A stretch of 62,366 nt of DNA from a virus. Its lineage: Duplodnaviria; Caudoviricetes. The stretch is from IMG/VR virus record IMGVR_UViG_3300020583_000001, positions 1 through 62,366 of that record. One strand, written 5' to 3'. Below are positions 54,757 to 62,366 of the stretch, piece after piece. The notes beneath the pieces are model-generated. The model was given only the letters and a program-made list of their open reading frames with translations. It had not been told where the DNA came from and did no database searches. The translations under genes and the position numbers were made by a program. How positions within the stretch are numbered: the first letter of the stretch is position 1; each line of letters begins with the position of its first letter.

Positions 54757-55122
54757 GTTCATCATCCATTGGTAAATCTGTAAAAATATCTCCGGCTCGA
54801 CCTCATCGCACTTGATCCTGTTGGCACGTTGCGAGATAACCGCGATATTGTTTGGAAAGTAACCTCGTCTCGGGTCGATCCTGTCAATGGTTGGGGTATC
54901 TGGACTGGGGCCGCAGTTGCCAATATCTCTATCAAAATAAAACGGTTCTCCGGTAATCGGGCAACAGTTGTCTTTGGGCCATATCTGCTTAATGAACTCA
55001 GGAGTGATGGAACAAGCGATCCCTTCCTTATGAGCGCGGCTTTCGACATTGCGGCACATCAATTTCTCGATTGGCCAAGTTTTCCTTCGTTGCTCATAAA
55101 TTTGCTTCCCGGTTCGCCTCAT
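54625..55122 (-). CDS. His-Me (HNH-like) homing endonuclease
   Basis: CPITG...PTIDRIDPRRGYFPNNIAVISQRANRIK. Confidence 0.85.
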   Translation of the reverse strand: MRRTGKQIYEQRRKTWPIEKLMCRNVESRAHKEGIACSITPEFIKQIWPKDNCCPITGEPFYFDRDIGNCGPSPDTPTIDRIDPRRGYFPNNIAVISQRANRIKCDEVEPEIFLQIYQWMMNQRTGQPDMGFFQKPHDVRPLADPSEIRPNPCPLTKYPCIQLFT

Positions 55123-56066
55123 TGAAAAACATCCTTTCTGAGCCGTCGAGCATGACGGTCGGAAATATCAAAAGCTGCCGCCAGATCCGCCGTAGGTTCG
55201 TTTGGGTGAGCTTTGATGTGAGAGATGATTTCGTCGCGGGTATGGGCAATCTCGTAGCGGAACTTGATGGCATCCAGCTTCAAATCGGACACCAATCTGA
55301 GCTTAAAATTGCTCTCTTCTGCGTCTGCTCCGATCTTGGAGTCAACATCAATAGAGACTTTAGTTCCCTCCCGGCTGGTGTACTTTTGGTAGTGGCAAGA
55401 AGTTTGGAAATTAGCAGTTTGAGTGATCGTACCGGCGGCTCGCTTGCTTTTTTTGTCCCACGGAGAGTGGGTAATGACTGTCAAGGGCGACCAGTGAGCT
55501 GAGATATCGACCATCAGGGCGTTGACTGCCGCCATCTCGTCCTGCTCCTTCCAAGAGCGTCCCCCGAGAAGCCCCTGTAATGTACTTAAAACGGTAAAAT
55601 CCGGCTGGTAGGTTTCTATAGCCTGTTTCAGCTTGTCCCCGGTCTTAACGATATCGAAGGGTCCGGTTACCCCAAGGGTAAAGCAGCCGATATCCTTCAC
55701 GTCTGACGCCTTGATCGACATCCCCCGAGCCAGTTGCTGGATGCGCTGCCTGAGCAGCCATTCCGGGTCTTCCGTCTCGATATAGAGGGTCTTTTTGACC
55801 CCGGTAACCGGGAAGTGACCCCAAACCTGGTTGCCCATTGGCGCGTCTATGGCAGCCTGTAGCCATGTAAAAGACTTCATGCCGTGGGGATGGGCGGAAA
55901 TCAGCGTACCGCAGCCTTGGGCCACCAGATTACGAATACGCCAGGGAGCTTCTTTTATGGTCGGAGTTTCAAGAACTTCTTTGAGGTTTAAGAACTTCCA
56001 TGCGGCAGGCAACGATCCGTTGCCATCAATCTTCGATTGAGCGAAGCAAAACGGGCTATCTGACAC
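55119..56066 (-). CDS. AAA_25/RepA-family replicative helicase with a C-terminal HTH
   Basis: AGGAG RBS before GTG 56066; W.I.NL, Walker A-like AHPHGMKS, LYIETED, VLSTL and VITHS. Confidence 0.8.
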   Translation of the reverse strand: MSDSPFCFAQSKIDGNGSLPAAWKFLNLKEVLETPTIKEAPWRIRNLVAQGCGTLISAHPHGMKSFTWLQAAIDAPMGNQVWGHFPVTGVKKTLYIETEDPEWLLRQRIQQLARGMSIKASDVKDIGCFTLGVTGPFDIVKTGDKLKQAIETYQPDFTVLSTLQGLLGGRSWKEQDEMAAVNALMVDISAHWSPLTVITHSPWDKKSKRAAGTITQTANFQTSCHYQKYTSREGTKVSIDVDSKIGADAEESNFKLRLVSDLKLDAIKFRYEIAHTRDEIISHIKAHPNEPTADLAAAFDISDRHARRLRKDVFQ

Positions 56067-56229
56067 AAGGGCTCCTCTGCGACAAGGAACAGGCCGGAGG
56101 CCGCAGGCTCCGGCCCATAGTTTAACCACTGACCATTCTCAGGCCAGCCCCACTATGGCACACAGACGGCTCCTTGTCTACGGTAACAAGATATATTTTA
56201 TGATTAAAGATTTCCACAGAAGATTTAGC

Positions 56230-56258
56230 TTGACAAGATTTAGTAAACGGATTATCTT
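56230..56258 (+). promoter_or_regulatory. sigma70 promoter
   Basis: TTGACA-17 nt-TATCTT. Confidence 0.75.
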
Positions 56259-56268
56259 CGCAATCGTT

Positions 56269-56583
56269 ATGAAACGTTATCTTAGCCAACGGGAAGTAGA
56301 CAGATGCGAACAAGCGAAAGAGCCAGCTTGCAAATGTCGTTGCGGCGGCAAGAAACATGGCGCAAAGCGAGTCGCAGCAGGAGGAGATTATTCAACTCTG
56401 CCCATGGACGATCCGCACTATCGCCCGCCGATGACCAAGAAAGAAGCCATCAAGATTCTCCGCCACGCCGAGACTCACGTTATTTGCTCTGATCTTTACC
56501 AGTATGATCAGGCGTACCGCGAAACTCGCAACATCCTGTATAACGCCACATTGGAACTAGTAAACGGCGTTAAACCACTATGA
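56269..56583 (+). CDS. Cys-rich hypothetical protein
   Basis: C..A...C.C.CGG..HG motif; ATG 10 nt after the -10 box. Confidence 0.7.
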   Translation: MKRYLSQREVDRCEQAKEPACKCRCGGKKHGAKRVAAGGDYSTLPMDDPHYRPPMTKKEAIKILRHAETHVICSDLYQYDQAYRETRNILYNATLELVNGVKPL

Positions 56584-56735
56584 ACCCCAAGACCCGACGC
56601 TGCCGCCGCAAGCTATGTCCGACCGGATACTTTGTTCCCAAGGACAGACGGCAGCGTTATTGTGACCGTAAGTGCAAGAATGCAGCCGCTCAGGAGCGGT
56701 TGAGAGAGAGGGCTAAGAATCATGCCAAAGCCTAA
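56580..56735 (+). CDS. Small zinc-finger protein (CGNR-like, 51 aa)
   Basis: Translated by hand: RCRRKLC...F.P...QRYCDRKC; ATGA coupling. Confidence 0.65.
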   Translation: MNPKTRRCRRKLCPTGYFVPKDRRQRYCDRKCKNAAAQERLRERAKNHAKA

Positions 56736-56964
56736 GTTTATCGAACTCAAATTCGCCGACAATGGCAACTATCCCCGGCATTCCCTGACCGGGTACTTTG
56801 TGATCTCGGAAAGTCGCAACAACGGAATGGTAGAACTGTTTCTGCGGCTACCGGATGCTGATGCGGGACTGCCAGCGGCCAAGAAGAAAAAGACCAGCAA
56901 GCGGGTGTCTAAGCCGATTGGTCACATGCCATCAACTCCGATCGCAGTGGAAGGTGATTTATGA
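56722..56964 (+). CDS. Hypothetical protein
   Basis: ORF in the operon. Confidence 0.65.
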   Translation: MPKPKFIELKFADNGNYPRHSLTGYFVISESRNNGMVELFLRLPDADAGLPAAKKKKTSKRVSKPIGHMPSTPIAVEGDL

Positions 56965-57317
56965 CCCCTACCCAATTCCAATCCTTCGTCAATCAGAACG
57001 ACCGCTCGCTGCTGGCTCTGCGCCGGGAGATCTCCCAGAGCCAGGATCTCGATGCCGCTACCCAACTGGCTCTTGAAGCCATTCTCATCAAGATGAGGGT
57101 AGCGTTTTTGGAATACGGTAAGCAAATCTTAGCCGTCTCCCTGTGGTCGAACTTGACCGAGGGAGCGGATCAAAGAACTAATTACCTGCGTAAGGTGGGC
57201 GGAGAGGTAACCATGACAGGAGACGACTTCGATCACTACTTTAATTATCAAGAGACAGCAGTCGATCTCTACTACCAGAACCAAGAATGGTTGGGGGAGG
57301 CGTTTCATGGGATGTGA
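56961..57317 (+). CDS. Hypothetical protein
   Basis: Coupled ORF. Confidence 0.7.
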   Translation: MTPTQFQSFVNQNDRSLLALRREISQSQDLDAATQLALEAILIKMRVAFLEYGKQILAVSLWSNLTEGADQRTNYLRKVGGEVTMTGDDFDHYFNYQETAVDLYYQNQEWLGEAFHGM

Positions 57318-57750
57318 TATTCATGCCCACATGGAAGTGAAGATCAACGGCCAGTGGCATCATGCCCATATGCCTCCGATACGTCGCTCTTACGATCTGT
57401 TCGCAAGGATGGCAGGCGTTCGCAATGCAAACAAGGGACCGGGATACATCGAACCCATAGCGCAACCTCGCGGCTTGCCGGAAGACGCCACGTTTATCAC
57501 CAATTTTCATTCTGACTACATGGGCAGCGATGGTCACTCTCACTCGTGGCTCAACTGCGAAGAACTATCCAGTCTGATCGAGTGGTACGATGCCAAGCGC
57601 AAAGAACGCGAACCCGGAAAGTACGTTTCTCCGTGGGAATATGAAACACTTGGCTACCTGTTTGGGAATGGCTGGGATGTGAAGAAGTATCCGTCTGACT
57701 TTCCGGCTGGAGTCGAAGACACGCGTATTGTTTTCTGGTTCGATAACTAA
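57307..57750 (+). CDS. Conserved phage protein (MGCDIH...RIVFWFDN family)
   Basis: MGCDIH, R.Y.LF..MAGVRN, PRGLPED, HSHSWL and FWFDN. Confidence 0.85.
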   Translation: MGCDIHAHMEVKINGQWHHAHMPPIRRSYDLFARMAGVRNANKGPGYIEPIAQPRGLPEDATFITNFHSDYMGSDGHSHSWLNCEELSSLIEWYDAKRKEREPGKYVSPWEYETLGYLFGNGWDVKKYPSDFPAGVEDTRIVFWFDN

Positions 57751-58047
57751 ATGACCTCTCGCTCCCAAACCGCTGCCAAGGTTGCCTTGGACAAGGAGAA
57801 GCACCCAGAAAGATTCTGCCCAGTCAAGCGGTGCTTGTGGAGAACTGGCGGTGGGTTCTGTCCGAGGCATCAACCAACAGGTAAATGCTACGAATTGGCA
57901 CTGGCTTTTCTTGGAGATCATCCAGCCATTAATACGGATCAAATGGCTGATGAACTGGCGATGGAGATTCAGGAGTGTATTGAGTGTTTCATCGCTGGCA
58001 AGGAAAAGGCTTCTCTACTTGAATGGTGCAGAAAGGCGCAGATATGA
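57751..58047 (+). CDS. Hypothetical protein
   Basis: Cys motif N-terminus; adjacent ORF. Confidence 0.65.
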   Translation: MTSRSQTAAKVALDKEKHPERFCPVKRCLWRTGGGFCPRHQPTGKCYELALAFLGDHPAINTDQMADELAMEIQECIECFIAGKEKASLLEWCRKAQI

Positions 58048-58238
58048 CAGCCGAAGAAATCAGGAGAAGAGAAAAAAGTGGGCCGTGTAATACGTCGGAA
58101 GATTGGATCGGACATGCACTGTGGGAAGTGGCTGCACAACTGGCAGAAATGAATGAGCATCTCGGTTCACAGCAAGGACGCTTTGATAAGTTTCTTGAGC
58201 GATTAAATTATGCGCTCATGGTGGATGTTTGCAAATGA
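58044..58238 (+). CDS. Hypothetical protein
   Basis: LWEVAAQLAEMNE motif; coupled. Confidence 0.65.
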   Translation: MTAEEIRRREKSGPCNTSEDWIGHALWEVAAQLAEMNEHLGSQQGRFDKFLERLNYALMVDVCK

Positions 58239-58456
58239 TCTGCAAGATTTGCCATACCGAATGCTACCGCCAGTCGGAAACCGATCCGCAAGAATCTTGT
58301 CTCTGCGGAGAGATGGCTTGGGGATCGCTCTGGAATTGGGACAATAATCATCGTATATATGTCTACTGGATGTGGCTTAGATATCGGATATCAGAAGTGT
58401 TCTTTGCAGTCGGGAACTGGCTCATTAAAGACAACAGGTGGACTATCAAGCCATGA
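58235..58456 (+). CDS. Hypothetical protein
   Basis: Coupled ORF. Confidence 0.55.
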   Translation: MICKICHTECYRQSETDPQESCLCGEMAWGSLWNWDNNHRIYVYWMWLRYRISEVFFAVGNWLIKDNRWTIKP

Positions 58457-58941
58457 CCGTCACCTTCGTAATCCCGCAGCAACCTCGGGGAAAGTCGAGG
58501 CACGCAACTGTCGTCACCTTACGCTGTGGAAAGTGTCAGCGGCAAACGGTCGGCCAGCGCTCGGAATGCCCAAACTGTGGGAACAAGGATCTCTACTTCA
58601 TGTACTCGCATGAGTATACCGACAAGGACCAGCGGGAGTACGAAAGATTCGCCGCTATGTGTGCTCAGCAAGGAATGACCAATTGCACCTGCGGCAAGTT
58701 TGTGGGAGCGGTCAGCGTCCATTGCGACTTCTGGTTCGGGATTCCCAAGTCAAGGCTGAAGAAGCTGAAAGACGGCGACTGGCATCTGCAAAGACCGGAC
58801 GTGGACAACTGCAAAAAGTCAGTGCTGGATGCTTGTAATTTATTAGTGTGGGCCGACGACTGCACCATTGCCCAGATATCGGCTACTAAGAGATGGACTA
58901 CGGGAACGCCCCGTACCGAGGTAAGAGTGGAGAGCTTATGA
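58453..58941 (+). CDS. rusA: RusA-family Holliday junction resolvase with a zinc-ribbon insertion
   Basis: P.GKSR, RPDVDNCKKSVLDA and WADDCTI; inserted CGKC...CPNCG. Confidence 0.9.
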   Translation: MTVTFVIPQQPRGKSRHATVVTLRCGKCQRQTVGQRSECPNCGNKDLYFMYSHEYTDKDQREYERFAAMCAQQGMTNCTCGKFVGAVSVHCDFWFGIPKSRLKKLKDGDWHLQRPDVDNCKKSVLDACNLLVWADDCTIAQISATKRWTTGTPRTEVRVESL

Positions 58942-59450
58942 AGCCATCACGTAGCTTAGAATTACTTCGTTTATTAGTCTCCAACTCGAATCTTCGTACA
59001 GGTGTTGAAAAAAGATTCTGGACCCACGTTGAAAAGACCTCTACTTGTTGGAATTGGACTGGCACATTGAATCAGAAAGGTGGATACGCCATGTACCCAA
59101 TTCTAAGACACAACATCGTGGCCAGTAGAGTAGCTTGGGTATTAGACTCTGGTTGCGTCCCAAGCCACGATATTTGTCATACCTGCGATAATCCACGTTG
59201 CGTCAACCCTGAACATCTTTTTGATGGAACCGAACAAGATAACGCGAATGATATGGTAAAAAAAGGTCGTCAGGCAAGGTGGGAAGGGGCCGGAAATTCT
59301 GTTCTAACAATCGAACAAGTACGGCAAATCAGGGCCGAGTACCAAAAAGGTAAACCTGGATTTAGCACGGTTGCGCTTGGGAAAAAGTACGGAATAGCGC
59401 CTACCAATATCTGGCAAATTGTCGCTGGCAAGGCTTGGAGGGGAATTTGA
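58938..59450 (+). CDS. HNH homing endonuclease
   Basis: RFW..V...CWNWTG and CHTCDNPRCVNPEHL...N..DM..KGR; C-terminal HTH. Confidence 0.92.
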   Translation: MKPSRSLELLRLLVSNSNLRTGVEKRFWTHVEKTSTCWNWTGTLNQKGGYAMYPILRHNIVASRVAWVLDSGCVPSHDICHTCDNPRCVNPEHLFDGTEQDNANDMVKKGRQARWEGAGNSVLTIEQVRQIRAEYQKGKPGFSTVALGKKYGIAPTNIWQIVAGKAWRGI

Positions 59451-60304
59451 TCTACCTAGACTCGACAGCGTTAAAGGCTTGGTCCGACTGTAGAGAATTT
59501 TATCGCCAGAATCAACTGGTGAATATCGTCAGTATTGCCCCAAACATTCACTACGAACTGGGCAAGGCCGTGCATCTGGCGATAGAAAGATTTTGGGCCG
59601 GAGATTCGTTCGAGAAAGCACTGGCGGCTGCCGGTGATATTACCAATCTGTATCCCGTGAAACTGTTGAGTTCATCGGATGCCGATACCTGGAAGCGTCT
59701 GGTGGACACGTTGCCAGACATAGTAGCCAAGTATTTTGATTCAGTTGAATATGAGCCCGCTAAGCTCATCAAGTGCGAGTCGGAATGGTCATTGACGTAT
59801 AACGACGAAGTTACTTTGTGTGGTCGTTTGGATCGCTTAATGGTTGGCCCTCGCCTCGTCGATGTTAAAACGGCCAGCGAGATAAACCGAGGAGGCGTAC
59901 CTTGGAAACAGGCGTACCGGGAAGAAAAACTCCTCGATCTCCAATTTCAGCTATACGATTACTGGCTGTGCAAGTCCGGCACTCCACCCATCGAATGCTA
60001 CCTGGAAGTGATTTTGAAGCCATATAAAACGAAGTCTGCCAGATATGAGCGCATTGATCTTCCTGAGGTTATCTCCGATTCATACCGTAAGCGCTTCGAG
60101 CAGCAACTCGCATGGAAGGTTTCCGAGATCACGCATTACATCAAAAATTATTCAGATCAGAAACCGTGGCCACTAGCTGGTGGATTAGCTTGCCAGAATC
60201 GCTACGGAGAGTGTCCCTACGCTGTCGGCTGCCGTTGGGGTTGGACGCCAAAGGTGCTGGAGAAGTTTACTACCCGAACTGAGCATCTTGAGCTAAGAAA
60301 ATGA
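59447..60304 (+). CDS. PD-(D/E)XK exonuclease (Cas4/AddB-like) of the recombination module
   Basis: G.AVH, GRLDRL, LVDVKT and Q..LY motifs; C-terminal Cys cluster. Confidence 0.88.
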   Translation: MIYLDSTALKAWSDCREFYRQNQLVNIVSIAPNIHYELGKAVHLAIERFWAGDSFEKALAAAGDITNLYPVKLLSSSDADTWKRLVDTLPDIVAKYFDSVEYEPAKLIKCESEWSLTYNDEVTLCGRLDRLMVGPRLVDVKTASEINRGGVPWKQAYREEKLLDLQFQLYDYWLCKSGTPPIECYLEVILKPYKTKSARYERIDLPEVISDSYRKRFEQQLAWKVSEITHYIKNYSDQKPWPLAGGLACQNRYGECPYAVGCRWGWTPKVLEKFTTRTEHLELRK

Positions 60305-60534
60305 CTCCTTGGCCCACAAAGCGCCACGTGTTGCTCAAGCTGGTTTTAGAGCTGGAGAAGCAGGTGAAGGAAATCAAGCGAGAGATTCGAGGGCATAAGC
60401 GGGGAGACGGGATGTGTACGGGATGTGGTATCAACCCGGCGGTGGCAAGCGATACCTCGAATTACTGCGCGGGTTGCCGGAAGCTGGCCAAAGATCGGGC
60501 GGAGGCGGCATGGATCAAAAGGAAAATACGCTGA
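60301..60534 (+). CDS. Small zinc-finger protein
   Basis: CTGCG...YCAGC. Confidence 0.7.
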   Translation: MTPWPTKRHVLLKLVLELEKQVKEIKREIRGHKRGDGMCTGCGINPAVASDTSNYCAGCRKLAKDRAEAAWIKRKIR

Positions 60535-60770
60535 CGTGTGCTCTGACTGTGGTCAGGTCTAGAGGCGAGAAGAGACTGGATGGTTCGATCATCAGTTGGC
60601 ACGAGCGCTGCGGCAGGCCAGCCAATCGGATAACCCTCAAGGGTGATCTAACGGAAGCGGAAGCGGTTCTGTGCTACCAGCATCAGGTAGCGGCGGAGGC
60701 GGAAACCAGGCGTCATCAGAAAGGGAAAAAGGCCAAGCCGGTCGATCCACGGCAGACTTCTTTTATTTGA
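60510..60770 (+). CDS. Hypothetical protein
   Basis: GGAGG RBS before ATG 60510; C...CGRPA...LC..H. Confidence 0.65.
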   Translation: MDQKENTLTCALTVVRSRGEKRLDGSIISWHERCGRPANRITLKGDLTEAEAVLCYQHQVAAEAETRRHQKGKKAKPVDPRQTSFI

Positions 60771-60863
60771 GCTATGCGGTAGCGGCATTGCGGATCTTCT
60801 CCAAGTGGTCCGAGAAACTACATGGTTGTAAGTCACCCAATGTGCTGCTACTGGATAACTCAA
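60767..60863 (+). ncRNA. Putative structured RNA unit 1
   Basis: Ends pair: TTGAGCTATGCGGTAGCGGCATTG with CAATGTGCTGCTACTGGATAACTCAA; two apical hairpins. Confidence 0.6.
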
Positions 60864-60864
60864 C

Positions 60865-61087
60865 TGAGTTATGCGGTAGCAAGAGAAGGAAGTTATGGAT
60901 ACCAGACAGCCACTAGCGTTCCCGATAAAACACGTTAAGCGATCCACTAGTGGTTCCACTCACTCGGGAAAAGGAGAAACCGGACATAAGTTGCTGGCCG
61001 GGATGGGGTATGGAGCGCCTCATTACAATCGGACTACAGCCCGACATGAAAGCAAGAGTGAGCCTTCTCCTGCTACTGGATAACTCA
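60865..61087 (+). ncRNA. Putative structured RNA unit 2 (same terminal stem, larger insert)
   Basis: TGAGTTATGCGGTAGCAAGAGAAGG pairs with CCTTCTCCTGCTACTGGATAACTCA. Confidence 0.6.
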
Positions 61088-61104
61088 ATTTAATGAAAGT
61101 GTGA

Positions 61105-61917
61105 ATGAAAATGACAGATAAGAATCCCTTCAAAAGTAAGATAGGCGGTTCTGGCTCCCTCAGCGCTGACTCTGGACGAGGCAGCAATTTGGTAGCCACT
61201 CCCGAGGCAACGACGACGGAACAGGCACAACAAGATGTCCCACTCAAGGCTAGCGAGAAGGTTGCCATCATGCGCTCCTCGCAGGCCGACCAGAAGAAGA
61301 AAGAACAACTCGAACGGCTCTCCTCGATCTCGTCTCTCGACTGGAAAAGCATCCCTCCTCCGATGCTCGCCCAGTTACTGGTCAATATGCCATTCAAGGG
61401 GCAATCGGGAGAGCCGGACTTTTATCTCGAACCCTGGCAGGCAATGGTGTTTGCCATCCGCTGCTATGAGCTTGAACTCAGCCCATTCTCGAACGAGGTC
61501 TGGTTCAACCCCAAGAATAACAAAACCAACGTTTCGTTCGAGGGGAAGCTAAAACTTGCACGCAAGAATGGGCTTAATTTATCCCCTCCGATCTGCGAAA
61601 GAATTCCTGCCGATACCACGAAACCATTGGTAGCCTACAAAGCTACCATTACTACTCCCAGTGGAAAATGCGAGTACACTGCCACCCTGAAAGAGTGGAA
61701 GGTGGGAACCTCTCCGGTATGGAGGGATAAGCCAGAGCACATGCTTCAATTGCGGGCGTCGGAAAAGTGCCTCAGCTTCGCCACTGGGATCGGGACTTCA
61801 GAATTGATGGGAGAAGGCGATTTACAGGTCGGGAAAGAAGCCGAAAAGTTCATGGCAAGTGGTGCTCCGGTAATCGAGTCCACCGAGTTCAAGCCAGCCC
61901 CGATGGAGGAGAAATGA
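61105..61917 (+). CDS. recT: RecT/Bet-family single-strand annealing protein
   Basis: C..LELSPFSNEVWF, EGKLKLA and WRDKPEHML..RA...C motifs. Confidence 0.8.
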   Translation: MKMTDKNPFKSKIGGSGSLSADSGRGSNLVATPEATTTEQAQQDVPLKASEKVAIMRSSQADQKKKEQLERLSSISSLDWKSIPPPMLAQLLVNMPFKGQSGEPDFYLEPWQAMVFAIRCYELELSPFSNEVWFNPKNNKTNVSFEGKLKLARKNGLNLSPPICERIPADTTKPLVAYKATITTPSGKCEYTATLKEWKVGTSPVWRDKPEHMLQLRASEKCLSFATGIGTSELMGEGDLQVGKEAEKFMASGAPVIESTEFKPAPMEEK

Positions 61918-62210
61918 TCCCAAACGTGGAAATAGACAATCTGACCGATGAAGTTGGATCGGAGGTTAAGAGAGCAATGGGATTATTTCCTCCCATTCAC
62001 AATATGCACGAAGGTCTAGGCGTTATCGAAGAGGAGTGGGAAGAGTTCAGGAAAGAAGTATTCCTCTTTAACCTCGCCAAGGGAAGAGACACTAGGCTTG
62101 CGGCTAGAAAAGAGCTTGTTCAACTGGCAGCCATGTGTATTCGGACGATTGTAGATTGCGAAATAAATTACATAAAGGAGAATGAAAATGTCGTTCCTAC
62201 AGCAAGTTGA
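61914..62210 (+). CDS. MazG-like all-alpha NTP pyrophosphatase
   Basis: HEGLGVIEEEWEEF...KELVQLAAMCIR; GGAGG RBS. Confidence 0.75.
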   Translation: MIPNVEIDNLTDEVGSEVKRAMGLFPPIHNMHEGLGVIEEEWEEFRKEVFLFNLAKGRDTRLAARKELVQLAAMCIRTIVDCEINYIKENENVVPTAS

Positions 62211-62366
62211 GACTAATACCCGTGAGCGGATCGCCCTCTCGCCGGGTTCCTATGGGACGGGTAAAGAACCCGGCCTAAAGATTGTTTCCTACTCCGAAAA
62301 GGGCTCTAAACTCGATAAGTCGGGAGCCATGCGCCACTCGTTTATGGTGGCAGCTACAAGGCCCAG
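62188..62366 (+). CDS. 5' part of the putative SSB (continues at the window start to 656)
   Basis: AAGGAG RBS before ATG 62188; frame open to the window end. Confidence 0.75.
   Translation, partial: MSFLQQVETNTRERIALSPGSYGTGKEPGLKIVSYSEKGSKLDKSGAMRHSFMVAATRP
62240..62366. repeat. Terminal direct repeat, right copy
   Basis: Identical to 1-127. Confidence 0.95.

Noticed and set aside
60791-60840. tRNA-Tyr (D-loop-like CCAAGTGGT, TTGTAA)
   Set aside because: No T-arm (GTTC), no proper anticodon stem and no CCA/acceptor geometry
60846-60881. dif site or protelomerase site at the R1-L2 palindrome
   Set aside because: The ATAA-TTAT spacing is 10 nt rather than 6, the palindrome is imperfect, no recombinase or protelomerase is encoded, and it follows from unit adjacency
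60767-61088. CRISPR mini-array next to a Cas4-like gene
   Set aside because: Repeats alternate as inverted L/R arms, inserts differ greatly in length, there are only two units and no other cas genes are visible
62240-62366. 127-bp terminal repeat as a biological direct terminal repeat
   Set aside because: The length equals a common assembler k-mer and it falls mid-gene, so it is best read as a circular assembly overlap
1-62366. Stop-codon reassignment
   Set aside because: Core genes are full length in the standard code, all three stops are used with normal coupling, and no suppressor tRNA is seen

Overview
The window is a complete, circularly assembled tailed-phage genome of about 62.2 kb. 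Bases 1-127 are repeated exactly at 62240-62366, and a gene reads across the join. Two arms diverge from a non-coding control region at about 47960-48460. The minus-strand arm (47.9 kb to 1.4 kb) carries an Acb2/Tad1-like gene, TerS, TerL, portal, scaffold, a LAGLIDADG endonuclease, major capsid, decoration and adaptor proteins, a tail fibre, lysis and membrane genes, a podovirus-type tail protein with a PA14 insert, a GH-A glycosidase, a GT2 glycosyltransferase, three very large signal-peptide-bearing fibre/beta-helix proteins, three ejection-type proteins and a degenerate PD-(D/E)XK nuclease. The plus-strand arm carries RHH, LuxR and XRE regulators, many small ORFs, RusA, HNH, a PD-(D/E)XK exonuclease, RecT, a MazG-like protein, an SSB-like protein and a Dam methylase. 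An inverted RepA-type helicase, endonuclease and iteron cassette is embedded in it. I saw no integrase, DNA polymerase, tRNA or CRISPR array. The most unusual signals are: (i) two tandem structured elements with the same terminal stem between the exonuclease and RecT; (ii) a conserved leader/antiterminator RNA motif ahead of late terminators, downstream of a small YezD/DUF2292-like gene; (iii) Sec-exported, Cys-rich fibre proteins in the virion module. All calls are by eye from motifs and synteny; no searches were run. The host is probably a diderm bacterium, and Acidobacteriota is only a guess from protein style.
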